From assembly GCA_964424225.1 (NCBI GenBank), contig CAYRID010000001.1, positions 7,369-71,368 on the forward strand: a stretch of 64,000 nucleotides of DNA, written 5' to 3'. The stretch's first letter is position 1; each line of letters opens with the position of its first letter. The position numbers and the translations under genes were made by a program. Origin of the DNA: an uncultured Geobacter sp. GTDB lineage: Bacteria > Myxococcota_A > UBA9160 > JADFDR01. Shown one piece after another: positions 44,376-53,374 of this stretch. The notes under the pieces were generated by a model. The model did not search any database. It saw only the letters and a program-made list of their open reading frames with translations, and was not told the origin of the DNA.

Positions 44376-45614
44376 CTATTGCTTCTCAAGCCAATCGAGC
44401 GGATCGCGCGGCGTACTGCCTTCGCGAATCTCAAAGTACAAGCGCGGCCCCTCAAGAGAACCCGTTTCTCCGACGGTCGCGAGCGCCATGCCTTCCATCA
44501 CCGTGTCGCCCATCTTTACGCGCAAGTCCTCCAAATGGCCATACACCGTGAAAAAGTTATCGCCGTGATCGATGATGATCATCTTGCCGTAGCCGCGAAA
44601 CCAACCTGCGTAACGCACGCCCCCATTCGCGACGGCGCGCACTTCGCTACCCAGCGGCGCCGCATATTCGATCCCTCGACGCACCGTCGCCGTTTTGAAT
44701 TCGCTGTCAACGACCTTCCCGAAAGCACTCACGACTTTGGCCTGCACCGGCGGCGCAAGCTTGCCTTTGCGACTTTTGAATTGCGACATCTCGGGATCGA
44801 CTTTTTTGCGAAACGGCCAGAAACCCGATTTCTTTGCGCTTTCGCCTGTCGCTTCCGCTTCCTGCAAAGTTTCTTCGAGCGCACGTTCGGAAGCTTCGAA
44901 CTCTCGCAGCATGCCTCGCTCGCGCACGCGATCGCTGCGCAGCAACGCAATCGTTTGTCGCTTGCGCGCTTTCTCGGTTTCGAGCTCTGCCAGCTTCGCA
45001 TTCACCGTGCGCGCCGCGATGCGCGCAGCCTCCTCGGCCGCAGCAATCTCTTCATGAATATGATCGAGACGCTGCTGCTCGGCCTGAAAGCGCAGCAACA
45101 AGGCACGGTCCATCTTGAGCATGGTCGACACGACACGTCCGACGGAAAGTAGATCGCGCAAGCTATGCGACGAAAACAAAACACGCACCGGACCGACGTC
45201 ACCCGCTTTGTAAAGGGCCACCACGCGTTTCACCATTGCGCGCTTGGTTTCCAATTGCTTGGCTTCGAGCACGCTGCGCTCTTTGGTAATGTTACGCACT
45301 GAGGCCCGCGCCTTATCGACACGTTTTTGTGCCAGGCGCACCTCGGTCTTGAGCGTATCACTGCGATGATCGATCTCCTCGATCGTTTCGAAAACGCCAC
45401 GCTCTTCGCTTTGAAAACCGCGAATTCGCGCGCGACTCGCATCAATTGCGGCGCGCAAGCGTTCCGTCGAAGTTTGCGGTGTCGTATCCGCCGTGGCGGG
45501 CGCGACGGGAGTAGCTTCGGCAACCGTTGACTCACGCGTCATCTCTTGCGCCGTGGCTTTCGTCGGTGCAAGCCACATACTCGCGACGAGCCAAGCGCCA
45601 AGCGCGATCGTCAT
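44376..45614 (-). CDS. Murein hydrolase activator (EnvC-like): coiled coil plus M23/LytM domain
   Basis: Signal peptide from the ATG at 45614, then long coiled-coil segments. C-terminal M23 domain (YGKMIIIDHGDNFFTVYGHL...GETGSLEGPRLYFEIR). Sits in the ftsEX context. Confidence 0.85.
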   Translation of the reverse strand: MTIALGAWLVASMWLAPTKATAQEMTRESTVAEATPVAPATADTTPQTSTERLRAAIDASRARIRGFQSEERGVFETIEEIDHRSDTLKTEVRLAQKRVDKARASVRNITKERSVLEAKQLETKRAMVKRVVALYKAGDVGPVRVLFSSHSLRDLLSVGRVVSTMLKMDRALLLRFQAEQQRLDHIHEEIAAAEEAARIAARTVNAKLAELETEKARKRQTIALLRSDRVRERGMLREFEASERALEETLQEAEATGESAKKSGFWPFRKKVDPEMSQFKSRKGKLAPPVQAKVVSAFGKVVDSEFKTATVRRGIEYAAPLGSEVRAVANGGVRYAGWFRGYGKMIIIDHGDNFFTVYGHLEDLRVKMGDTVMEGMALATVGETGSLEGPRLYFEIREGSTPRDPLDWLEKQ

Positions 45615-45649
45615 GCGCTGCAACACCGTCGAAAACACAAGACGCCGCG

Positions 45650-46555
45650 TCAATGTCGATAGCCTCCGATCAACGCCAGCAAGGAACCAAACCAACCAAG
45701 ACCAACGCCGCAAGCAACGAGGAGCAGCATCTCGCTGGGGCCAAAAAAATGCGGAGTTGCAAGACCAACCAAGAGCTGTAAACCGGACTGAATTTCGGGC
45801 AAGACCAAGCGAAATGCGAAATACAAAATTCCAATTGCAGAAAGTCCGCCGAGAAGCCCCTGCAACATGCCTTCGAGCAAAAAAGGAACCGACACAAAAA
45901 TGCGACTCGCTCCCACGAGCGACAAAATTTCGATTTCATCGCGGCGCGCATACACGGCCAATCGAATCGTATTGGCTACGATCATCACCGTCGCAAACGC
46001 GAGCACACCCCCAAGCCCGGCCGCAAGCCAGCGCACGAAACCAATCGCCCGCGTATAGCTCTCGACCCAGTCCGCGCCGTAAGTAATGTCTTCAATATCC
46101 GGCAAGCCACGCAACGACTCCACCACAATCGTCATGTCTTGTTTCGTACGTTTTTCGGGGGCGAGCGTAAGCACGAACGAAGCCGGCAACGGATTTTCAT
46201 CGAGCCCATCGAGCATTGCCGCATTCTCGCCGGCCACCGCGAGAAACCGCTTGAGCGCCTCTTCCCGCGAGACATACTCTACGCGCTGCACGCTCTCGAC
46301 ACTTTTTAGTGTTGCATCGATTTCTTGCGTGCGCTCTTTTGAAACATCTGCCGCGAGATATACGCTCACTTGCAAATCTTCGCCAAAACGCTCAAGAAGC
46401 CCTTGCATATTCAGCACCAGCAAGCCAAAGCCACCCATCAGACCCAAAGCGATCGCAATCGTGAGCACAGCCACGCCACTTGGTAGCAAGCTCGATCGCA
46501 GGCCTCGCCACGCCGTCTGCACAAAGTACTGAAGCCGATAACCAAGCTGTGTCAT
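45650..46555 (-). CDS. ftsX: Cell-division ABC transporter permease-like protein FtsX
   Basis: FtsX topology and motifs (NTIRLAVYARRDEIEILSLVGA). 4-nt overlap with ftsE. Confidence 0.9.
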   Translation of the reverse strand: MTQLGYRLQYFVQTAWRGLRSSLLPSGVAVLTIAIALGLMGGFGLLVLNMQGLLERFGEDLQVSVYLAADVSKERTQEIDATLKSVESVQRVEYVSREEALKRFLAVAGENAAMLDGLDENPLPASFVLTLAPEKRTKQDMTIVVESLRGLPDIEDITYGADWVESYTRAIGFVRWLAAGLGGVLAFATVMIVANTIRLAVYARRDEIEILSLVGASRIFVSVPFLLEGMLQGLLGGLSAIGILYFAFRLVLPEIQSGLQLLVGLATPHFFGPSEMLLLVACGVGLGWFGSLLALIGGYRH

Positions 46556-47277
46556 GTCGAAACATCATGGGCGGGCACGTCGCGCACGATCCGGCCATGC
46601 TCCAAGTGAATGACGCGTTTGCCGTAGCGGCTGAGCAAACCATGCTCGTGCGTTGCGACCAGCACCGTCGTGCCGCGCGTCGCCGCCTGCACAAGAAGAT
46701 CCATGATTTCGATCGTGAGGTCGGGATCAAGATTTCCGGTCGGTTCGTCGGAGAGCAAAATTTCGGGATCACTCACCAGTGCGCGTGCAATCGCCACGCG
46801 CTGCTGCTCACCGCCGGAAAGCGAAAGCGGATAATCATAGCGACGGTTTTGCAAGCCAACTTGTTTCAACATCTGAAACACTTTTGCGCGTATGGTGCGC
46901 GGTGCTTCGCCTCGTACTTGCAAGGCCACAGCCACGTTTTCTTCGACCGTACGACGGTTGAGTAATTTGAAATCCTGAAATACCACACCGACGTGACGGC
47001 GAAGCTCCGGAATCGCAGCCCCGCGCACGCGCACAATGTTGCGACCGCGAATCACGACCTGTCCTTCTGTGGCGCGCTCCGCCGCAAAAAGCAGCTTCAA
47101 GAGCGTCGTCTTGCCGGCACCACTCGAACCCGTAAGAAAAACAAACTCACCTTTTCCTATATCGAGTGAGACATCACGCAGCGCATAGGTGCCCGGCAGA
47201 TAAGACATCGAGACGCCGTACATGCGGAGAATCGCCTCGCGTCGTGTACGCTGCGAGAGAGGTGAAGCTTGAGTCAC
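46552..47277 (-). CDS. ftsE: Cell-division ATP-binding protein FtsE
   Basis: Walker A GSSGAGKTT, signature LSGGEQQRV, Walker B LLSDEPTGNLD. The GTG start overlaps the stop of the upstream gene (GTGA). Confidence 0.92.
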   Translation of the reverse strand: MTQASPLSQRTRREAILRMYGVSMSYLPGTYALRDVSLDIGKGEFVFLTGSSGAGKTTLLKLLFAAERATEGQVVIRGRNIVRVRGAAIPELRRHVGVVFQDFKLLNRRTVEENVAVALQVRGEAPRTIRAKVFQMLKQVGLQNRRYDYPLSLSGGEQQRVAIARALVSDPEILLSDEPTGNLDPDLTIEIMDLLVQAATRGTTVLVATHEHGLLSRYGKRVIHLEHGRIVRDVPAHDVST

Positions 47278-47873
47278 GGGTCCGACTTTTTGCGTTTGCG
47301 CGCGCTATCGATGAGATAGCCGAGCACGAGTTCGTCCAAAGGTTTTTCGGTAATGATGCCCTCGCCGAAAACGCGCGATCCGCCCGCTTCGGGGTGCACC
47401 GGCGAAGCCGGCCGCGCTGCGATCGTCTGGGTCGTGCGCGCTTCGGTGCTCTCCGTAGTCGGAGTCGTAATGCGAGCACTTGTTTCGTTGACATCTGTAG
47501 CTGCAAAAGGCGAAACCGTCGTCGACAAAGATGAGTCTTTGATCTCTCGCTCGTCAATTTTCGGAGATGCGACCGGCTCACCCTCAAAAACATCGGGGCC
47601 CAAGCGCTCGCGAATAATCTCGTCGTATTCACCACGGCGTAGCGCCTTGAGCTTTGCCTTGTGTTGTTCTTCCATCAACTTCTTGACGACGATGGCAATA
47701 TCGCCCGAACCGATGTGCTCGGCATAACTCGTCTTCTGGGAATGCATGATGTTCCCGCCGTGATACAGGTGTGTAATCACATGCGGCTTTGCAAGCCCGC
47801 TGTCTTCCGTCTGCACGTGAAAGAGCACGCCGCGATGACGAATATTGGTATTAAAGCCACCAATCATCTTCAT
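47274..47873 (-). CDS. Hypothetical protein, translationally coupled upstream of ftsE
   Basis: 199 aa. Compact N-terminal domain (NIRHRGVLFHVQTEDSGLAKPHVITHLYHGGNIM...), an Ala/Thr/Ser/Pro-rich linker and a basic C-terminal helix (LDELVLGYLIDSARKRKK). I cannot assign a named family. Confidence 0.6.
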   Translation of the reverse strand: MKMIGGFNTNIRHRGVLFHVQTEDSGLAKPHVITHLYHGGNIMHSQKTSYAEHIGSGDIAIVVKKLMEEQHKAKLKALRRGEYDEIIRERLGPDVFEGEPVASPKIDEREIKDSSLSTTVSPFAATDVNETSARITTPTTESTEARTTQTIAARPASPVHPEAGGSRVFGEGIITEKPLDELVLGYLIDSARKRKKSDP

Positions 47874-48295
47874 TTTACATACAGCCCTCTACACTGCGTG
47901 GCGTTGCATTGGTCGAAGCTTCCATCATTCCATCATTCCAAAGGTCAACCCAAACCAGCGACGAGCAATCAAACAGCCGATCAAAGACGCGGAGGCCGAT
48001 CAAACGATCAAGCCGTCAAATGGCCAACCGACGAACCGGATTCCTCAACCAACTGCGCCATCAACAGCGATGACCAACGACGGCCCAACCCACTCGGTTT
48101 ACGAAACAAAAACTTCGCAAGTCGCGCAGCTTTGCAACGCTCAATCGTCACAAGGGGGACATTTCCTGAAACCAAATCGTATGGCAGTTTGCGCGACCCC
48201 TCGGGCTTTTTCAACAATCCCGACACAGAGCGCCCTGCAAAATTGCAGCGGTACAAAACGTAGTGCATGAAAAACAGTGCATGAAAAAGGATTGA

Positions 48296-48325
48296 GGTCC
48301 CGGCCAAGGGGAGTAGGCCGGAACC
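48296..48325 (-). terminator. Putative terminator hairpin downstream of the PEP-CTERM gene
   Basis: On the minus strand the hairpin is GGTTCCGGCC-loop-GGCCGGGACC (10 bp, one G-U), followed 8 nt later by CTTTTTC. The T-run is slightly distant. Confidence 0.4.
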
Positions 48326-48372
48326 TCGAGCTTGCGATCTTTCGTTTTGGCCACCGCAAGACATCCTTTGCT

Positions 48373-49095
48373 CTACACGCGCAGGTGCTGCTTTCGACCC
48401 AACGCATGCAAACTCGCCAGACCAAGCAAAACGAGGCTCGCCGTGCCTGGCTCTGGCACTGCCGCTAACGGCCCCGATCCCGGAGTGGGTGCTATGACGA
48501 CGAAATCTGCGGAATTGTCGTCCGTGTCGACATTGGCAAAACGGCGCGACGCACTGAAACCTGCCGCAGAGCTTGGCACGGACTGCCCTTCGCCAAAGAA
48601 AAAGTCACCTGGCAAAAATTCTCCGTAACCCACAGCATCAAGCGTATTGCCACCGGCACGCAAGATCACCGAGTCCGGACCGTTTTGCAGATCGAAATTC
48701 AAAACGAGATCTGCGTTCGAGACGAGCGTGCCGCCGCCAGTCAAACGATCGGCAAGCACAAAAAATCCGTCGTCAGGAATCACACTAGCGAGATTCAACA
48801 CATGCGTCTCACGACCGTCTGCGCCATTGATCCCGACCACCTGCACACCGCTCAGCGACATCCCCGGATCACCGAAAATTTCGACGAAAGAGAGGCCGTC
48901 GTCCGAACCAACAGCGTCGTAAAACACCTCCGAAAGCAACAATGTAGCATTGGCCAATTGCGGCAAGACCAAAACGCCGAACCACAAAAAGCTACATAAC
49001 AATTTTATGTGTATATTGTGCCATAAAATCGACTGCGTTGAGTGATCATCTCTTTTTTGTGTAAAACATTTTTCAACCTTCCATTTTTCTTGCAT
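48373..49095 (-). CDS. Lamin-tail-domain (LTD) protein with C-terminal PEP-CTERM sorting signal
   Basis: LTD-like core is LLLSEVFYDAVGSDDGLSFVEIFG...DLQNGPDSVIL. The C-terminus VPEPGTASLVLLGLASLHALGRKQ has the PEP motif, a TM helix and a basic tail. The start is taken at the ATG at 49095. Confidence 0.75.
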   Translation of the reverse strand: MQEKWKVEKCFTQKRDDHSTQSILWHNIHIKLLCSFLWFGVLVLPQLANATLLLSEVFYDAVGSDDGLSFVEIFGDPGMSLSGVQVVGINGADGRETHVLNLASVIPDDGFFVLADRLTGGGTLVSNADLVLNFDLQNGPDSVILRAGGNTLDAVGYGEFLPGDFFFGEGQSVPSSAAGFSASRRFANVDTDDNSADFVVIAPTPGSGPLAAVPEPGTASLVLLGLASLHALGRKQHLRV

Positions 49096-49144
49096 CTCAA
49101 TTTCCTTTGTTACATGGGACGAGGTGAGTGTCGGATGAGGGCGT

Positions 49145-50863
49145 TTACTTGGTGCGCGAAAACCAGCCGCCGGTCCACGCATCGATGCCGGCGCTTAGCT
49201 CTTGTGCGCGCAATTTCAAACGCAAAGCTTCGGGAGCGGCTCGATCTGTCTGTGCTGCCAGATCGAGCAAAACACGTTGTCGCTCAAAATAGAGCTGCGC
49301 GAGTTCGTCGAGGATTCGATCGCGAAGCTCAAGCACCTTTCGGCGCTCAGCCGAAACATCAATCATCTCGTTGTGATACACCGTGTCGCCAAAATCCCAA
49401 GCAAACGACGCCGCCACATCCCAGTCGTTTTCACGCCGCCGCTCCCAGTCGTGCAGTGAATGCGTCGCGCCCGACGAATATGTTTCATCGTAATTGCGAG
49501 AAAAATTCGTTGTACGACTGCGCCCACCACTCAACACAAATTTAGGTAGAAAACCGCGCTTTGTAATGCGCTCACTCAAGTTCTCCACGTGCGCGCGTTC
49601 AAGTCGCAGATACGCAAGCGCCGCCGCACGCACTTCGGCAAAGCCCGGATCCTGCGCTGAAAAAGCAAGCTGCGACGGAGACGCCACGTCGCCCCCTGCT
49701 TCGATCTCAACGCCTTTCGGTATGGAAAAATTTTCGGTCTGCGGCAAGCCTTGCCAAACGCCGCTCGCAGTCGCCACTACGACGCGATCTTGCATGTCAC
49801 AAAAATCATATATCGCATCAAACCCAATCGGCGCACCGGCGCGTCGCCATTCTTGTAACGGATGATTCGCCGCGAACAAACCTTGCTCCGTCAAAATCCA
49901 ATATGTGCCCGACGCAAAAAAGAGTCGCTTGACCTCAGCGCCCGGCGCCAACGAAAGCACAGCCCACTGCCACGCCTGGGGCAAGCGAACATCTGCACCC
50001 GGTGCATTCGCTCGCAAAAGATCCTTCGCAACCGTTTGCGAAGGAGTGCGCTTTGCCACCGCCACACCCTCGGTATACAGCACAAAAATTTCATCCGCGG
50101 TCACCATGAAATCCACCGGAGTACGGCTCGCAAAGGCCGCAAACCCATCGATGCGCACCGGCTCCGTCATGGCATTGCCTGGCATGACCTCGCTCCACCA
50201 AAGTTCACCTTGCGAAAGAATCCAAAGTCGTGTCACCTTCGCGCTTTGCACAGCAACACCCAACGCTTTTTCGTGTCGGCCTGCATCCGTCTCCCACTGT
50301 ACGGCCTCCGCGCGAGCAAACCGCAGGCGACCTTCAAGGGCATGCCATGTCTGGCCATCAAGCGAGAAATAAGTCCCCTCTTCCGTCGCTGCTGCAATAG
50401 CACTGCCGCTGCACGCAAGACGCAAAATGGATTCGGTATTTCCACCGAATCCAACTTGCCGCACAGAATGCGTCGTCCCGGCTTCGATCTCTTGCAGACC
50501 ACTCGGAGTTGCTGCCCAGAGTGCACCCGACGCCGTTGCACAAAGCGAAGTCACCTCTTCACTTTTTACATTCCAAAGTGTCGAGGCCATGAAGGCGGAC
50601 GATGCAGGCGTCAAGGGAGCTAATGCATACCCGGCAATCGATTCCAAATTCCCGGTAAAAATCCGATTTTCTATGGTCGCCAGCGCGTGTACCGGCCCTC
50701 CGAGAACTGCAAGCGACTGCCAATGCCAAGAAGCAGGCCGAGACGGCTCGGTAGCGGCCTCTACGCCATACACCACTGGCTCCGACCAAGCAGGCTGAGT
50801 CGAGTGGCTCGCGAACATGCCGAAAAACACAAAAAGACGTAGGAATCGAAAAAGCTTTTTCAT
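49145..50863 (-). CDS. Hypothetical secreted protein (repeat/propeller-like N-terminal region, helical C-terminal region)
   Basis: Signal peptide MKKLFRFLRLFVFFGMFASHS from the ATG at 50863. The ORF-track extension to 51211 overlaps the divergent gene and is rejected. W/G-rich repeats suggest a beta-propeller. The C-terminal roughly 130 aa resemble one outer-membrane-efflux (TolC-like) half repeat. Confidence 0.55.
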   Translation of the reverse strand: MKKLFRFLRLFVFFGMFASHSTQPAWSEPVVYGVEAATEPSRPASWHWQSLAVLGGPVHALATIENRIFTGNLESIAGYALAPLTPASSAFMASTLWNVKSEEVTSLCATASGALWAATPSGLQEIEAGTTHSVRQVGFGGNTESILRLACSGSAIAAATEEGTYFSLDGQTWHALEGRLRFARAEAVQWETDAGRHEKALGVAVQSAKVTRLWILSQGELWWSEVMPGNAMTEPVRIDGFAAFASRTPVDFMVTADEIFVLYTEGVAVAKRTPSQTVAKDLLRANAPGADVRLPQAWQWAVLSLAPGAEVKRLFFASGTYWILTEQGLFAANHPLQEWRRAGAPIGFDAIYDFCDMQDRVVVATASGVWQGLPQTENFSIPKGVEIEAGGDVASPSQLAFSAQDPGFAEVRAAALAYLRLERAHVENLSERITKRGFLPKFVLSGGRSRTTNFSRNYDETYSSGATHSLHDWERRRENDWDVAASFAWDFGDTVYHNEMIDVSAERRKVLELRDRILDELAQLYFERQRVLLDLAAQTDRAAPEALRLKLRAQELSAGIDAWTGGWFSRTK

Positions 50864-51079
50864 GCAGCGCGCCTTGAGCAAAGCCCGTGCCAAAACGCTA
50901 TGCAGAAATCGAGCACGAAAAACGCTGCAAATCCGAGATGCCCCGCAAGCCGCAGAACCATCAAGCCGCAAGAAAGTGGACCCGGGGACACTCACCCCCG
51001 CGAACAACTTTTCACACACGGTAAAACTTCGCCGGAAGAATGCTTGACGGAAACGCGTAGCTCTAGAAGAATCGAGCCC

Positions 51080-51625
51080 ATGCAAATGCGCCCCCATCTC
51101 TGGTTTCTTTTCGCGACGATCTTCCTGGCCTTCGCTTTTGTTGGTGAAAAATCCGCTTTGGCCGAGGCCCCCGCAATTTATCGCTGGGTCGATTCGGACG
51201 GCGTAGCGCACTTCACGGCCGACATCACGCGCGTACCCAAGTCCTTGCGCAAGCAGGCGCTTGCTTCGCAGGAAGCGGCACCGATCTCACCCGAAGCGCG
51301 CACCGATTTGCCAGGCGCAGCAAAACCTGCGGGAGAAGGCACATCCGAATTTGCAGAACGCAATGTCGACTTCAGCGGCGGCTCCAACGCCAATCTCTTC
51401 ACCACAAACCCACCAACACAATATCGCGACACCTCGACTACGGATCTCGCACGCATCGACGAACTCGAACAGCAAGTTGCGCAAGATGAAGAAGCGATCA
51501 AAAACTGGTTGATCGAGCCCGGCACCGGCGGCAGTCAAACGCAATTCGAAGCCGCTGCCCGCAGGCTACCAAAGCTGCAGCGCGAACTAACGACATTGCG
51601 CGCACGCCGCAGCGATTCCGAGTAA
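51080..51625 (+). CDS. DUF4124-domain secreted protein with coiled-coil tail
   Basis: Signal peptide MQMRPHLWFLFATIFLAFAFVGEKSALA, then the DUF4124 signature IYRWVDSDGVAHFTAD. Confidence 0.7.
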   Translation: MQMRPHLWFLFATIFLAFAFVGEKSALAEAPAIYRWVDSDGVAHFTADITRVPKSLRKQALASQEAAPISPEARTDLPGAAKPAGEGTSEFAERNVDFSGGSNANLFTTNPPTQYRDTSTTDLARIDELEQQVAQDEEAIKNWLIEPGTGGSQTQFEAAARRLPKLQRELTTLRARRSDSE

Positions 51626-51683
51626 TGCAAACTCGAGACAACATTTTAAAGTGTAGATTGCCTCGGGAGGCGCAAAGAGTGAG

Positions 51684-52712
51684 ATGAAATCTCGGGGTGG
51701 TCAACTCGATCAAGGTACACCCGCCGATCCAGCTCGATGCACGCAGACCGGCGCAAAATCGCTTTCCGCGTGCGGACCGATCGTTGTACTCGCGGGAGGC
51801 GTCGGTGCAGCGCGTTTTTTACGCGGCCTCGTCCGCGCAACCCCCGAAGCAGAAATCACCATCCTTGGCAACACCGGCGACGATCAAAAATTCTACGGTG
51901 TGCATGTAGCACCGGATATCGACATCGTAACCTACACACTTGCGGGTTGTATCGATTCCGTGCGCGGCTACGGCATTGCCGACGATAGCTTCACGATGTT
52001 GCAAGTTCTCGAAGCGCTCGGACATGAAACTTGGTTTCGCCTTGGCGACCGTGACTTCTCCTTCTGCCTACATCGCACCCTCGAAATGCGCCAAGGTAAA
52101 ACTCTCGCCGAAGCAATCGACACGATTCGGTGTCATTTCCAATTGCGCCCGCGTCTTTTACCAATGTCCAATGACCCTTGTCCAAGCATGATCGAACTCG
52201 ATGACGGACGACTTTTGCACTTTCAGGAATATCTAGTACGCGAACGTGCTCCAAAAAATATCCGCCGGATCGATCTGCACGCAGCCGCAAACGCCAAACC
52301 CGCTGACGGCGTAGTACAAGCGCTGACCGACGCAGGACTGATTTTGTTTTGCCCAAGCAATCCTCTCGTCTCAATCGGACCCATTCTCGCCATTCCGGAA
52401 ATTCGCAACGCACTGGGAGCAAGTCGCGCCCCCAAAGTCGCCATCTCGCCCATCATCGGCGGCGCACCCGTAAAAGGCCCCGCCGCACAAATGTTGCACG
52501 CCGCAGGCATCGAAGTTTCCGCGCGCGGTGTGGCAAACCACTATCGCGACTTGATTGATGGATTCGTGATCGATCAAGTTGACACGGCACAAGTCGCAGA
52601 CATCAAGGCCTTGGGCCTTGCAACGATCGCCGTCGACACACTGATGCGAAATGAAATTGTCTCCACAAAGCTTGCTGCCACAGCGCTCGCCCTCGCACAG
52701 GAACTGCAATGA
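51684..52712 (+). CDS. cofD: 2-phospho-L-lactate transferase (F420 biosynthesis, CofD/FbiA)
   Basis: Matches VVLAGGVGAARFLRGL...ILGNTGDD...HVAPDIDIVTYTLAG and PSNPLVSIGPIL. The exact start is uncertain. Confidence 0.88.
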   Translation: MKSRGGQLDQGTPADPARCTQTGAKSLSACGPIVVLAGGVGAARFLRGLVRATPEAEITILGNTGDDQKFYGVHVAPDIDIVTYTLAGCIDSVRGYGIADDSFTMLQVLEALGHETWFRLGDRDFSFCLHRTLEMRQGKTLAEAIDTIRCHFQLRPRLLPMSNDPCPSMIELDDGRLLHFQEYLVRERAPKNIRRIDLHAAANAKPADGVVQALTDAGLILFCPSNPLVSIGPILAIPEIRNALGASRAPKVAISPIIGGAPVKGPAAQMLHAAGIEVSARGVANHYRDLIDGFVIDQVDTAQVADIKALGLATIAVDTLMRNEIVSTKLAATALALAQELQ

Positions 52713-53374
52713 CCACTGCGCTCGTTCCTGTCAAACGGCTTTCCGAAGGAAAATCCCGTCTGCACGCATGTCTGGATCGCGAAACAATCGTGCGACTTTC
52801 AACAGCGATGCTCGAAGATGTTCTCTCAACACTTTTATGCGTCAAGCGCCTTAAACGAGTTGGCGTTGTCACTCCCGATGCAGACGTTGCACGCATCGCA
52901 AAAGCCGTCGGCGCCGAGGCCTTTGTGCGTACGGATCCCGGACTCAATGCAAGTCTTGCTCAAATCGCGCAAGAGCTTTTCGCCAACACGCCTCAACACC
53001 TGATGGTGTTCATGGCAGATCTACCGGGCGCACGCCACGAGGAGGTCGAAGCGCTGCTTCAAGCTGGCGAAACATGCGGTGAGCGCGGCGTCGTTCTCGC
53101 TCCAACGCATGATCGCGGCACGGCTGCTCTTTTGCGCATTCCACACGACGTCATTCCGACGGCATTTGGCCCTCAAAGCGCCGATCGTCATGCCGCCCTG
53201 GCAGCGCGGGCCGGCGCCGCCTTCCAAGAAATCGCCTTGGCATCTCTCGCACTCGATATGGATGAACCTCACGATCTCAACACTTTTTTGCGCAGCACGT
53301 CGACGCCGACGCGAACACGTGAAATTCTACTCGAAATTCAAGAAAAGCTTCTTCCATGCAACCCATTCACCTAA
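52709..53374 (+). CDS. cofC: 2-phospho-L-lactate (or related) guanylyltransferase (CofC/FbiD)
   Basis: N-terminal ALVPVKRLSEGKSRL motif and the ADLPG motif (MADLPGARHEEV). ATGA overlap with cofD. Confidence 0.85.
   Translation: MTTALVPVKRLSEGKSRLHACLDRETIVRLSTAMLEDVLSTLLCVKRLKRVGVVTPDADVARIAKAVGAEAFVRTDPGLNASLAQIAQELFANTPQHLMVFMADLPGARHEEVEALLQAGETCGERGVVLAPTHDRGTAALLRIPHDVIPTAFGPQSADRHAALAARAGAAFQEIALASLALDMDEPHDLNTFLRSTSTPTRTREILLEIQEKLLPCNPFT

Noticed and set aside
47845-48364. ORFs of 118-141 aa in the 500-bp gap (47845-48270 plus strand, 48008-48364 minus strand)
   Set aside because: They have low-complexity or otherwise unconvincing, non-protein-like composition, no RBS and no motifs, and they overlap each other. 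The region is reported instead as a possible non-coding RNA or leader.
50864-51211. N-terminal extension of the 688-aa ORF (49145-51211), and the long form of the divergent ORF (50900-51625)
   Set aside because: The two extensions overlap each other on opposite strands. Each protein has a clean signal peptide at an internal Met (50863 and 51080), which gives a sensible 216-bp divergent promoter region.
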